The notes: generated by a model not told the origin, from the letters alone. Shown: positions 39,436-49,969, counted from the stretch's first letter. The stretch: 64,000 nucleotides of DNA from Planctomycetota bacterium (GCA_965222115.1 CBDCTJ010000007.1:1312001-1376000); one strand, 5' to 3'. Numbers and translations are program-made.

Positions 39436-39743
39436 AAGTCCGCATTTGGCCCGCGGCAGAAGCGGACATCGCCAATGCGGCGGACTACTACGCCGAGAAG
39501 GAAAGCGTAGAGCTTGGCTTGAAGTTCATTGACTCGGTGAATCAAACTATAGAGTCACTCCGAACTCACCCACATCTCGGAGTTCATCTGGAATGGCTAC
39601 GTGGCCCTCTACTCGGATGCCGCCGTTTACCCGTTGCTGCGCCGTTCTCTGCATATCAGATCTTTCACCGGCCCCATCGAAATACGCTTGACGTCATTCG
39701 TGTGCTCCACGCGGCTCGCGACGTTCCCTCGATACTGAGATAG
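39432..39743 (+). CDS. RelE/ParE-family toxin
   Basis: PAAEADI, P.LG, VIRVLHAARD; GTGA overlap with antitoxin. Confidence 0.9.
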   Translation: MKVRIWPAAEADIANAADYYAEKESVELGLKFIDSVNQTIESLRTHPHLGVHLEWLRGPLLGCRRLPVAAPFSAYQIFHRPHRNTLDVIRVLHAARDVPSILR

Positions 39744-39797
39744 CCGCGATTACGAAAATTGATTCCGCACCCGAGGTCAGTGCGAAGCCGGCAAACG

Positions 39798-40216
39798 CTT
39801 GGGACTCCGGTTGCTCTTGGTCTCCTTGGTGAGAGTCTTCCTATTCAAGGTTTGCCCCGTTTTCAGCGAATAAGCGACTCCGTCAATTGCATTCCCCAAC
39901 GCTTGCGCTTTGTTTCTTAGCGCCCCTTGTGTGAGCCTTTTCTTCTTTTCTTTTGAATTACCGTCCCGCTACAGGCGGTTTGCTTCCGCAATGCGTCGTC
40001 CATAAACATGCCGCTCTCTGCGTCTCCGCATCTCCGCGTCTCTGCGCCTCTGCGCGAATCGAGCTGCGAACGATTTCTCGATTCGTGATCACAGTCCAAA
40101 AAAGGTGTGAATATTGTCCTGGCACCGTGTCGCTTTCGGGCCGCTTCCTTCCGCAAGGCACCTTCCACCAAAATGCCGCCCACTGCGCCTCCGCCACTTA
40201 GCGCCCCTGTGTGAGC
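39798..40216 (-). repeat. Cluster of REP-like repeats (65-bp repeats B and C, two left arms of the palindromic family, CACCAAG units)
   Basis: 40173-40216 reverse complement GCTCACACAGGGGCGCTAAG..GAGGCGCAGTGGGCGGCAT matches arm of copies 1-3; direct repeat at 39916-39936; tandem CTCTGCG/CTCCGC units 40015-40056. Confidence 0.8.
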
Positions 40217-40273
40217 TGAACCGCCCACGTCTGGATCAATCCCGGCATTTGCACTGATTCTCCTCTATTCGCG

Positions 40274-41944
40274 ATGCCCGCCGCACCCGGGTACGATACG
40301 CCGATGCACGGGGACTCCTCTCAACAAGCAGCACACTCTTCACTTGTTCCACGCACAGCGTTGCGCGTGATCGTGGGCGCGCTGCTCATGTGCGCATTCG
40401 TATTCGCGTCGGATACAAGCGTATCCGCGAAGGGTGGAGACGATACCGAAGGTGCGATGGGGCTCACGCGCAAGGAATATCGGAAACGTCGCTCTTCACT
40501 TCGCTCGGCGGCGGGACGTTGGATCACAAGTCGCAAGGCGTTTCCATCCAAGTGTCCGTTGTGCAAGGGGTCGGGCTTTCGGTTGAAGAAACGCGGTCGG
40601 CGCATCTTGCGAGTGAAGTGCCATCAGTGCGAAGGCAAAGGGAAGTGGATTTCCCGCAAGCACTACCGCGCTGTGTACTTCGACATGCGCACGCCCAAGT
40701 TTCGATCGATTCCCGACATTCAAGATCAACTCACGACGCAATACAACCAAGTGCGACGCGGAAGTCCCTGGCCGCAACAGTTCTCACGATATCGCTTTCG
40801 ATCCTGGGAACTTGTGGACGCGACGCATGGCATTGTGTGGGTGCTATTTGATGCCGCGCGCGTTCCCCAAGCCACGCGTTGGATTTGGGCGCAGCGCGAA
40901 GGCAGTAAGAAGTCCGCATGGTTTCTTTGGTCGGCGCGCGTGGATGGGGCATGGCCCACGCCCGGCTCCGCGGCCGAAGACGAGAATGACGGGTGGACAC
41001 CGCTGTCGGCGTCCGAGTGGTCCCGACTTCGCAAGACGGTGGTCGAAGCGCAGTTGACGTCGCGCGTGGTGCAGTCGTGGAAACAGGGTGCTGCATTGCG
41101 TGTGCGTTTGGAGCCACGTGGGTTTAACGACGCGCCGCCGTATCCCTATCGTGTTGAACGTGACGCGGGGCGTCTTATTCATGCGCTCTTCATGGTGCAT
41201 CCGGATTGCAAAGCAATTCAAACCGAGTGGAACGTGCCGTGTGTCGATAGCGTTGAGCGCGAGGAGAGTCGCGTGCGCTGGATTGCGACCCTCGATCGCT
41301 CCGCGTTTAAGCCGGACACGTGGAAGGCAACCAAGCGACGCTACTGGGCGAGTTTTCTTACCTGGAGTAACGTCGAGCACGAGGGCTGGAAGCCCAAGCT
41401 GCAGGGAACCGCGCTTGATACGCCCATGCCCGGTTCGGTAGCGCCCCCCGCCAATCCCGCCCCTGAGAAGCCGCCGCCAATACAGCCCACGCCCACACAA
41501 CCAACGCCCACGCAGCCAACGCCGGAGCCCAAAAAGCCGCCGCCCGCCAAGCCCACGCCAAGCCAACCCACGCCGACTCAGCCCACGCCGATGGACGACG
41601 AAGACGAACTCGCCGAACTCCCGGCGCTCACGTCAAAGGCGAAAAAGGCTGCCGCTGAAGTGCTGAAGAAGATCGAGGCCGAGTATCAAGCTGCGGTGAA
41701 GGAAACCAATGAAGGGCGCGAAGCGCGGCGCGCCGGTGCTCACGACGTGTGGCAGGAGAAGATCGACAAGGCGCTCATGCACATCGCGTCCATCGATGAT
41801 CTTTGGTCGGAAGCCCTTGTCCCCGCGATGCCCGGAACGTCCGACCTCGTCCGCGAGGCCGTTGCGGAAGAGCACTTCAGCGACTTCTGGGACAAGGTCT
41901 ACGAGCTCAAAGGTATGTTGCGCAAGATGTCGTCGGTCCGCTGA
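40274..41944 (+). CDS. Exported hypothetical protein with CxxCxGxG zinc-finger pair and Pro/Thr-rich linker
   Basis: Signal-like segment, CPLCKGSG, CHQCEGKG, PTPTQ repeats; start uncertain. Confidence 0.7.
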   Translation: MPAAPGYDTPMHGDSSQQAAHSSLVPRTALRVIVGALLMCAFVFASDTSVSAKGGDDTEGAMGLTRKEYRKRRSSLRSAAGRWITSRKAFPSKCPLCKGSGFRLKKRGRRILRVKCHQCEGKGKWISRKHYRAVYFDMRTPKFRSIPDIQDQLTTQYNQVRRGSPWPQQFSRYRFRSWELVDATHGIVWVLFDAARVPQATRWIWAQREGSKKSAWFLWSARVDGAWPTPGSAAEDENDGWTPLSASEWSRLRKTVVEAQLTSRVVQSWKQGAALRVRLEPRGFNDAPPYPYRVERDAGRLIHALFMVHPDCKAIQTEWNVPCVDSVEREESRVRWIATLDRSAFKPDTWKATKRRYWASFLTWSNVEHEGWKPKLQGTALDTPMPGSVAPPANPAPEKPPPIQPTPTQPTPTQPTPEPKKPPPAKPTPSQPTPTQPTPMDDEDELAELPALTSKAKKAAAEVLKKIEAEYQAAVKETNEGREARRAGAHDVWQEKIDKALMHIASIDDLWSEALVPAMPGTSDLVREAVAEEHFSDFWDKVYELKGMLRKMSSVR

Positions 41945-42327
41945 TTCGATGAGGCCGCGGTAGCGTCTACGCGAGTCGATTGTGGTCGCTTGTGATAGGT
42001 TTTCGGGGTCGCTTGCGAGTGGGTGCAGCCGAGGCTGCGTCGGCTCGCGGGCGAAATCTACTGGATCGCACGTCGTAGTTCGCGGGTAGGTTCGGGCACT
42101 GGACCGGACCGCCACGCGACAGGCTGCAACCGACACGCAACGCGTGGGCATGAACCTGGATCATGGAAGCGAACCGAGCTTCGATGGTGCCATCAGTCGT
42201 AGTCATGAACTAGCGATCGAGTACGACCCAACTTCCGCCCCTTCGCCGCCACGACGGCGAACAACATTCATAGAAGGCCCGCGCTTGCACGAACCGGTTG
42301 TGGCGTGTGCCCTTCGCCTTGGACACT

Positions 42328-43800
42328 ATGACGAAACCCACGCTCCGCGAGCGGCGCCTCGGCCAATGCCAGCGCGCCATTCATTATTACTTCAAAGATC
42401 CCTCGTTGCTCGACACTGCGCTCACGCACTCGTCCCTGCGTGCTCCAGATAGAGAATGCAACGAGCGCCTCGAGTTTCTCGGCGATTCGGTATTGGGCAT
42501 GGTCATCACCGAGGAGCTTTATCGTCGCCTACCTCAAGAAAGCGAGGGTGACCTCACTCGGATTAAGTCGGCCACGGTGTCACGCGCGTCGCTTCATGAT
42601 GCAGCCGAGCGCTTGAAGCTTGCCGATGTGATGGAGATTGCTCGCGGTGTTGGCCGTCGCGACGCCTTGCCCGCCAGTGTGCTTGCCAATGTGTTTGAGA
42701 GCGTGATTGGCGCCATTTACCTGGATGGCGGCTACTACCCGGCGCGCGAGTTTGTGCTCAAGCACCTCGGCCCGGAACTTGAGAACGAAATCGTCGATCG
42801 CGGTGCGAGCAACTACAAGAGTCACTTGCAGCAGATGGTGCAGCAGCTGAGCGGGTTTGCCCCGTCGTATCGAACATTGGAAGAAGACGGTCCCGATCAC
42901 GACAAGACCTTTGTCGTTGCCGCGCGCTTTGAAGGTCGCGAGTGGGGACGCGCCTCCGGCACAACTAAGAAGGAAGCGCAACAGGAGGCCGCGCGTCTTG
43001 CGCTTGATGCCTATCGTGCTGAACACATCGAAGACGATGACGAGCAGGATACGCGCAAGCCCCGTAGGCGCCGGTCACGCCGTCGCAGGCGCAGTGACGA
43101 TGACGAGACGCCTCATAGGACCGAGCCGCACGAGGCCGAGGCACCGGTTGAGGAAGTCGAGTCGGTACAAGCGACTGACGAAATCGAAGTTCGTTCGCCG
43201 CGTAGACGAACCCGCAAGCCGCGGGACGTGGAGGCCGCGCCCATCCCCTATTCCGATGCGCCACGAACGCCTCGCAAACGTCGTAAGCGAATGACCGCAG
43301 CAGAACGCGCCAAAGCCGAAAAGCATCCCCCTGTAGAGCCGCTCGTTACGCCTGATGACGACGTGCCAGATGCCATAGAGAAAAAGCCCGCGCGTCGGAC
43401 GCAAACCTCGCGTGAATCGACGCCGCCCCCATCGAGTTCTCATCGTGCGGACGCCACCACGACAGCCCGAGACGAAACAGAGCCGATGATCGACGCCACG
43501 GATGGGAACGCGCCCGAGTCCACGCGCAACGAACCGGTTGACGACTTTGGCGCCGGCATCGATCTCGATGACGTGCCCGCCAAAACGAGGCCGGCAAAGA
43601 AGAAGCGCGCCAAACGAGCGAAGAAGGCCAAGAAGCGCAAAGCGAAGGCGGCGAAGAAGCGCGCGCGCAGGACGGCGACGTCACGCAAGAAACAGGCCTC
43701 GACCTCTTCGTCGAGCAAGGCGGTACCTGCCAAGAAAGCAAAGGCCGATCCGGCTCCCAAACCGGCGGACGACGACGGGTTTGGTGCAGGCATTTTGTAG
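42328..43800 (+). CDS. rnc: Ribonuclease III with long low-complexity C-terminal extension
   Basis: NERLEFLGDS, ANVFESVIGAIYLD, dsRBD NYKS.LQ...GPDH...KKEAQQEAA. Confidence 0.95.
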   Translation: MTKPTLRERRLGQCQRAIHYYFKDPSLLDTALTHSSLRAPDRECNERLEFLGDSVLGMVITEELYRRLPQESEGDLTRIKSATVSRASLHDAAERLKLADVMEIARGVGRRDALPASVLANVFESVIGAIYLDGGYYPAREFVLKHLGPELENEIVDRGASNYKSHLQQMVQQLSGFAPSYRTLEEDGPDHDKTFVVAARFEGREWGRASGTTKKEAQQEAARLALDAYRAEHIEDDDEQDTRKPRRRRSRRRRRSDDDETPHRTEPHEAEAPVEEVESVQATDEIEVRSPRRRTRKPRDVEAAPIPYSDAPRTPRKRRKRMTAAERAKAEKHPPVEPLVTPDDDVPDAIEKKPARRTQTSRESTPPPSSSHRADATTTARDETEPMIDATDGNAPESTRNEPVDDFGAGIDLDDVPAKTRPAKKKRAKRAKKAKKRKAKAAKKRARRTATSRKKQASTSSSSKAVPAKKAKADPAPKPADDDGFGAGIL

Positions 43801-43854
43801 AGCGAACGCTCGTTTACGATCTGACAAGCCGTTGTCGCTATCGAGTGGGTTGCC

Positions 43855-46800
43855 ATGGATCGCTTGCTCACTCAGGAACGAGATGCACTCGCTCGCGCGT
43901 GGAAGGAGCGCGGTGCAACACTTGAGACGCCACTCCATGTAGCGGGGCTCTATGGCGCCAGCATGGGGCTGGCTGTCGCAGCACTTGCCGAAGTGCATCG
44001 TACGGTTGTGGTTATCACCGCCGACTACCGCGTTTCGGATGCGTTGCGCGTTGACCTCGGTGTGTTTTCGAATCGCGAGCCGCAGCTTTTGCGCGCATGG
44101 CCGCGCACGGAAGGCCGAAGTCCCGATGCCGATGTCGTGGTCTCGCGTGCGCGTGTACTGCATTCGCTCCACGCGAAAGATCACGAAGACCGCGGCCCCG
44201 CGCTTGTCATTGCACCCTTGGCGGCACTCGTGCAACCCGTGCCCACCGCACGTGTGTTTCGCGCCGGGCTCTTGACGCTATCCACCGGTCAAGAAGTCGC
44301 CATGCAAGTGCTTCAAGAGCATTTGGCCACTGCAGGTTTTGCCCGTGTCGGCGCCGTGAGTGCGCCGGGCGAGTTTGCATCGCGTGGTGGCATTTTGGAT
44401 GTTTGGCCGTGGGAAACCCCAGATCCTATGCGGTTGGAGTTCTTCGGGGACGAGATCGAGTCTATTCGCCATCTCGACGCCTCGTCGCAACGCAGCGGCG
44501 AGACCGTCGAACAAACAATATGGAGTGTCTTGCCGCCCGAGCAGTTGCGGCATCCCGTGGGCCAAGCCCGGGCGTCGTTGTTGGATCATTTTACCGATCA
44601 CGGCATGACGTTGATGGTCGAGCCCGACGCGATTGTGGGCGCCGCCACGTCCTATCGCACCAGCGAAGGGCTCGGTGCCGAGGCACGGATTTCGGAACTC
44701 GAGCGCAAGCTAGCCGAACGCCCGGTGACCATGCTCGCGCAGACGCCCGATCTCGCCGAGAACGTTTGCGCTGTAGACATTGGAACGGTGGATACGCTTC
44801 GGGGAATTGCGCTACGTGCTGCGTTGCGCGCTGAGGATCGCGACGCCGATGCCCGCGCGATTCGAATTGTCCGCGCGTTTGGCGAGGTTGCCGACGCGTG
44901 CGACAGGCTCGTGATTTATCGACGTGCGGTTGGTGAAGAAGAACGCTTGCGTGAGCTTCTAGCGCCGCTTGGACTCGAGCAGCGCATGACGTTTGTCGCT
45001 GGTGCAATCTCGCGTTCGTTTGTGCACCGAGCTACGAGCACGGCTCACATTGCTTACGATGACCTTGCCGACATCGCACTGCGAGAGCGACTTGGCGCGG
45101 CGCCCCAAACACCCGCGCGACCCATTCGCGATTTTCTTGAGTTGGAAGTGGGGGGCTTGGTGGTGCACTTGCACCACGGCATCGGCATCTTTCGCGGGCT
45201 CGACACGATTGAAGGGCCCGATGGCACCGGCCAGTACTTCAAGGTGGAATTCGCTGAAGGCACAACGGTATACGTTCCGGTGGCGCGCGTGGATTTGGTG
45301 CAGCGCTATGTCGGTACGGGTCGAAGACCCAAGCTCAGCAAGTTGGGCGGGCAGGAATGGACCCGGCGTAAGAAGAAGGTCACCGAGGCCGTTGAGGATT
45401 TGGCCGACGACTTGCTCGAAACGCAAGCTGCGCGCGCTTGCCGTCGTGGGCATGCCTATCCACCGGATGGCGAATGGCAAGAAGAGTTCGACGCCGCCTT
45501 TCCCCATGACGACACACCGGATCAAACGGTGGCCATTCAGGCGATCAAACAAGATCTTCAAGGCGAACGGCCCATGGACCGTTTGCTTTGTGGTGATGTG
45601 GGCTATGGCAAGACCGAAGTTGCCTTGCGTGCAATTTTCAAAGTGATTGCGTCGGGCAAGCAGGCCGCGGTGTTGGTGCCCACCAAGGTGCTGGCCCAGC
45701 AGCACGCCCGCGTGTTTCAACAGCGACTCGCGCCCTACCCACTCACCATTCGCGTCTTGTCGGGTCTGCGCACCCATCGCGAGAACCGTGAGACGGTTGC
45801 GGGACTCATCGATGGCTCGGTGGATGTTGTCATTGGCACACACCGGCTTCTCAGCAAAGACGTGGCCTTCAAAAATCTTGGGCTCGTGGTCGTGGACGAA
45901 GAGCAGCGGTTTGGCGTGAAGCACAAAGAGCGCATCAAGTCGTTTCGACCCGACGTGGATTTGCTCACGCTTTCCGCAACACCGATTCCACGCACCTTGC
46001 ACATGGCACTTTTGGGGATTCGCGACATTAGCAATCTCACCACACCGCCTCTCGGTCGCCACGCCATCGATACCGTGGTCACGCGTGAAAGCGATGAAGT
46101 CGTTCAGGCGGCCATCCAGCGTGAACTGGATCGTGGGGGTCAGATCTTTCTGGTGAACAGTCGCATCAAAGAACTTCCGTCGGTGGGTTCATGGCTATTG
46201 CGACTCGTCCCCGAACTACGCTTGACCAACATTCACGGCCAAATGGACAAGAAACTCGTCGAGGATCGGCTCATGCGTTTCGTGCGCGGCGATGTGGATC
46301 TCTTGCTCGCGACCACCATCATCGAATCCGGCCTCGACATCCCCAACGCCAACACCATTATTGTTCGCGACGCCGATCGTTACGGTTTGGCCGAACTGCA
46401 CCAGCTTCGTGGTCGCGTCGGGCGCGAGCGACGGCGCGCGCACGCATTGTTGTTGCTGCCACGTGGTCGCACGGTTCGCGGCGAGGCGCAAGAACGCCTT
46501 CGCGCCATTGAGGAGTACAGCGAACTTGGGGCGGGTTTCCGTATCGCCATGCGCGACTTGGAGATACGCGGCGCGGGCAATATTCTTGGTGCCAAACAGT
46601 CCGGGCACATCGCCTCGGTGGGCTACGAGTTGTATTGCAAGTTGCTTGCCGATGCCGTTGCGAACGCAAAGGGCAAGGGCGACCGTACGCCTTCACTCGC
46701 CTATCTCGCGGTAGACGTTCCGGCGGGCATACCGCTTGACTACGTAGCCGATCGCCGCGAACAGTTTCATCTCTTTCGTCGCATCTCGACGGTGGCCGCG

Positions 46801-47154
46801 CTTGATGACCTTCAAGAGTTGCGGCGTGAGTTTGAAGATCGTTTCGGCAAACTGCCCGATGATGTCGAGCGGCTGCTGGTCGGCCAGCGCGCTCGTTGCG
46901 AGTTTGGGGCGCTCGGCGTGGAGCGAATTGCGCCGGGGCCCGACGACGTGAGCGGCCTCATTCTTCACGGCGCGGTCCACGTGATGGATCGCATGCGAGG
47001 GATCTTTCGTGCCGCACGACGACTTTCGCCCACCAGTACGTTTATTCCGCTCGACGAGCCGCGCGATTCCGGACTGCCCCCTGCCGATCAACTCCTGCGC
47101 CGTCTCGTGACGCGACTGAACCGCGCGCGCGATCGCACCTCACGCCAACAATAG
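43855..47154 (+). CDS. mfd: Transcription-repair coupling factor
   Basis: RGGILDVW, HGIG RID, GDVGYGKTEVA, DEEQRFGV, QLRGRVGR, RDLEIRGAG. Confidence 0.96.
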   Translation: MDRLLTQERDALARAWKERGATLETPLHVAGLYGASMGLAVAALAEVHRTVVVITADYRVSDALRVDLGVFSNREPQLLRAWPRTEGRSPDADVVVSRARVLHSLHAKDHEDRGPALVIAPLAALVQPVPTARVFRAGLLTLSTGQEVAMQVLQEHLATAGFARVGAVSAPGEFASRGGILDVWPWETPDPMRLEFFGDEIESIRHLDASSQRSGETVEQTIWSVLPPEQLRHPVGQARASLLDHFTDHGMTLMVEPDAIVGAATSYRTSEGLGAEARISELERKLAERPVTMLAQTPDLAENVCAVDIGTVDTLRGIALRAALRAEDRDADARAIRIVRAFGEVADACDRLVIYRRAVGEEERLRELLAPLGLEQRMTFVAGAISRSFVHRATSTAHIAYDDLADIALRERLGAAPQTPARPIRDFLELEVGGLVVHLHHGIGIFRGLDTIEGPDGTGQYFKVEFAEGTTVYVPVARVDLVQRYVGTGRRPKLSKLGGQEWTRRKKKVTEAVEDLADDLLETQAARACRRGHAYPPDGEWQEEFDAAFPHDDTPDQTVAIQAIKQDLQGERPMDRLLCGDVGYGKTEVALRAIFKVIASGKQAAVLVPTKVLAQQHARVFQQRLAPYPLTIRVLSGLRTHRENRETVAGLIDGSVDVVIGTHRLLSKDVAFKNLGLVVVDEEQRFGVKHKERIKSFRPDVDLLTLSATPIPRTLHMALLGIRDISNLTTPPLGRHAIDTVVTRESDEVVQAAIQRELDRGGQIFLVNSRIKELPSVGSWLLRLVPELRLTNIHGQMDKKLVEDRLMRFVRGDVDLLLATTIIESGLDIPNANTIIVRDADRYGLAELHQLRGRVGRERRRAHALLLLPRGRTVRGEAQERLRAIEEYSELGAGFRIAMRDLEIRGAGNILGAKQSGHIASVGYELYCKLLADAVANAKGKGDRTPSLAYLAVDVPAGIPLDYVADRREQFHLFRRISTVAALDDLQELRREFEDRFGKLPDDVERLLVGQRARCEFGALGVERIAPGPDDVSGLILHGAVHVMDRMRGIFRAARRLSPTSTFIPLDEPRDSGLPPADQLLRRLVTRLNRARDRTSRQQ

Positions 47155-47241
47155 CTACCGAGCACGGTTTTCGTCTCCCTCCGGTCATTCACACGAAAAG
47201 GAACGCGCAGGATCCGTCGGGGTGGCGCGTATTGTGGTGCC

Positions 47242-48492
47242 ATGACCACTTGCCACTTCCGCTGCGTGATCATGGGGGCCGCGCTTGCGTGTGCCTTCAC
47301 CGCGTGTTCCAACCGCCTCGGCAGCGAAAACGCCCCGTCGCCCATTCCCGCCGAGTACCTCGACGCGGTGCAACGCGGTGAACGCGTGGATATCGACGAA
47401 CAGGGGTCGTTGGTGCCGCGCGTGCGCCGCAATGCGGGCGAGGCCACGGTCGATGAGTTCCTTGCACGTGTGGGCGACAATGTGCTTACCCGGCGCGCCG
47501 TCATGCGTCGCCTTCGTGTCGATCCCGCGGAAATGGGGTCGGAAGAGATCGAAGAAGAAGTTCAGAACGAGCGACTCAAGTGGGCGTCCTTGCAACTGTT
47601 TATCAATGGATTTAAGCAGGCAGGGCTCACCATCTCACCCAGCAAGCTCGATGGATTCGTCGATTCCCACATGAAACGCACGCTGGAGCGCGAGTCGGAG
47701 CGTGTCGGCGAGCCCATCACGCGCGAACGCTACCTTCGCGAAAAAGAAATGACCTGGGATGACTTTCGTCGCGATGCGCGTGAGCAGTTTCAAAAGGAAC
47801 TGTATGTCCGCTACAAACTCAATGGCCTCGGTGGACCGATTCGCGCCGAAGTCGATGCCCACGTTACGCCAGCGGAAGTGCGCAGCGTCTACTTCAACAA
47901 TCCCGAAGCCTGGAATGAACCCAGCCAGATTCGCATTGTGATCTTCCAGATCTTCGTGAAAGGACTCGCCGACGAAGAACACACGATTGTCGAGTGGGAA
48001 GCGTTGGCAGAACGACGGGCCGAAGGGCTCGCGCGACTCTTTCGTCAGGGCGTGGATCCCGAACGCTTGGAAGCGCACTACCAACTCGACCAAGAAGACA
48101 TGGGAACCATGTCACTCATGCCCAAGCTGGCGCCAACCGAGGCCATCGTCAGAAATCTACCCAGCAAGCAATTTCGCGATTGGGTCATGGCACCCGGTCG
48201 GCAGCCGCGCGACGTCACAATCATGAAGGACGGGCGCGGGCCGGTCATCATCGGCATTCTCGAGATGAACACCGGTCGCGTGGTTCCCTTTGATGAGGCC
48301 TACCCCAAGATTGAGCAATTGATCAAGAATGGTCAACGTGCCAACTTGGAAGCCCGCATGTTGATCGACATGATTCGTGAGGGCGTGGCCATTGACCCGC
48401 CGGAATTGGCCGACGAACTGCTCGACGAGGCTTATCGACTTCGCTCCGTAATTCGTTCGCATAAGGTTTTGAAGAAGTCACGTCTCCGATGA
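47242..48492 (+). CDS. SurA/parvulin-like periplasmic chaperone lipoprotein
   Basis: Lipobox FTAC, LARVGDNVLT, VTPAEVRSVY, PFDEAY..I; follows mfd. Confidence 0.65.
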   Translation: MTTCHFRCVIMGAALACAFTACSNRLGSENAPSPIPAEYLDAVQRGERVDIDEQGSLVPRVRRNAGEATVDEFLARVGDNVLTRRAVMRRLRVDPAEMGSEEIEEEVQNERLKWASLQLFINGFKQAGLTISPSKLDGFVDSHMKRTLERESERVGEPITRERYLREKEMTWDDFRRDAREQFQKELYVRYKLNGLGGPIRAEVDAHVTPAEVRSVYFNNPEAWNEPSQIRIVIFQIFVKGLADEEHTIVEWEALAERRAEGLARLFRQGVDPERLEAHYQLDQEDMGTMSLMPKLAPTEAIVRNLPSKQFRDWVMAPGRQPRDVTIMKDGRGPVIIGILEMNTGRVVPFDEAYPKIEQLIKNGQRANLEARMLIDMIREGVAIDPPELADELLDEAYRLRSVIRSHKVLKKSRLR

Positions 48493-49616
48493 GCGATGAT
48501 GCGCGCATGAATGCGCCTCACGAGTCGCCTCTCGAGGCATCGGTACATGATGAGTCATCCCAGCGAGGTGCGAAACGCATTGCCATTTCGCTAGCCGTGC
48601 TCCTCGCGTTGGTTGCGGTGGGGGCGGCGGTACGTGCGGTCATGATGGGTGCCGGCGAAGGGCGACTGTCGTTGACCGAACTGTCGAAGACTTCTCACTA
48701 TCCGGCCGCGCGCATCGAGCCTGCACGTGTGCTCGTGGAGCAACTCGCGGGCGGACTCCTTGCGTGTCAAACAACGGACGGTGGATTTCGCCCCGAAGCA
48801 AAACTCAGTTCCACGTTTGGTCATTCACTGGATCGTTTGGCGGCCACAGCATTGGCCGCCGTGTCCTTGGAAGCGGCCAAGGCCTACTGCCACGCCGATC
48901 GACAGGCGGAGATCGATCGATCGGTCGCGTCGGCGATTGCATTTCTAAAGAAGCATCAACAGGATCACGGTGCCATCGGTCGTTACGTGGAAACGCGCCG
49001 CTGGTCGCAAGTTGAGGCGACGGTCGGCGGTGTACTTGCGTTGGCGTTGGCGGACGGCAACGAACATCACGATGCATTGAAGCGTGCGGCAAAGGCGTTG
49101 GTGCCCATGGCACGGCAGGGACTTCGAAATGGATGGCCACGTGGTCTCAACGCGATGGCGATCGAGTGGATCGTGCGCCGAGAACTGGGGGACATCTTTG
49201 GCGTTCCGGCACGCGAGTTGGTCGAAGCGCGGCGAGTCACCAAGATGCCCAAGGACGCGGGGACGTCGTATCGCGATCAGAATATGGCCGAGGCGATTTC
49301 GCGTACGGTGCTCGGTGTAGACCGAGGCGTCGGCGCATTTCCTAGGCAGATGGCCGACGTGTTGATCGAGGAGAAGCCGTCGTGGAACGGCCAAGCAACG
49401 AGCCTTCCCACGTGGTGGATGGAGGCGTGGCTCGTCGCGCGACTCGGGCGAGAGGGGGCGAGCGCGTGGTTTGATGCCATGGCCGACGCGCTGATCGAGT
49501 GGGTAGACAAAGATGATCTCATCCCCGGGGGATGGGACGCACCGCCGCTCATGCAGACCGCGACCGCAATACTTGCGCTTCGCGAAGGATTCGCGCGCGG
49601 CGATGCCGCTCGATAG
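48489..49616 (+). CDS. Membrane-anchored prenyltransferase-like barrel protein (degenerate)
   Basis: N-terminal TM; LLACQTTDGGF, FLKKHQQDHGAI, QTATAILAL; ATGA overlap. Confidence 0.6.
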   Translation: MSDDARMNAPHESPLEASVHDESSQRGAKRIAISLAVLLALVAVGAAVRAVMMGAGEGRLSLTELSKTSHYPAARIEPARVLVEQLAGGLLACQTTDGGFRPEAKLSSTFGHSLDRLAATALAAVSLEAAKAYCHADRQAEIDRSVASAIAFLKKHQQDHGAIGRYVETRRWSQVEATVGGVLALALADGNEHHDALKRAAKALVPMARQGLRNGWPRGLNAMAIEWIVRRELGDIFGVPARELVEARRVTKMPKDAGTSYRDQNMAEAISRTVLGVDRGVGAFPRQMADVLIEEKPSWNGQATSLPTWWMEAWLVARLGREGASAWFDAMADALIEWVDKDDLIPGGWDAPPLMQTATAILALREGFARGDAAR

Positions 49617-49969
49617 TTAATGCGTAGTAAGTATTTAGTCTGTCCGTGTTGGCGAGCCGTCGAATATTTGCGGCGCGGATGAACCGCTCCCGTCTGGGCG
49701 CGTTGGATTGATTGTCGGCATCGGCCTACAATCTGGTCCTACCCGTTTCGTGCTCGCGTCTTGCGTCATTCGATTTCAAGTCGGCTGATTCTTGTGCGTG
49801 AGTTCCGTTCACCAGATGGACGCATGCGTTGGCAGGCGCGGGCGTTTTGGTCATGCTGACGAAACGAATGATCTACAGAATTAGGTGATGCTGTGAACTG
49901 TTTCGTGCGGCGCCGGAAACGGCTTCGCCGACGGTGTATGGCACAGACCTTTCGGGAGAACCATTTCCC

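Noticed and set aside
41480-41590. Tandem DNA repeat
   Set aside because: Explained by the PTPTQ protein linker, with synonymous variation
44959-46062. 367-aa minus-strand ORF (and similar long antisense ORFs at 6672, 32560, 34858, 51185)
   Set aside because: Antisense shadows of well-supported genes in high-GC DNA
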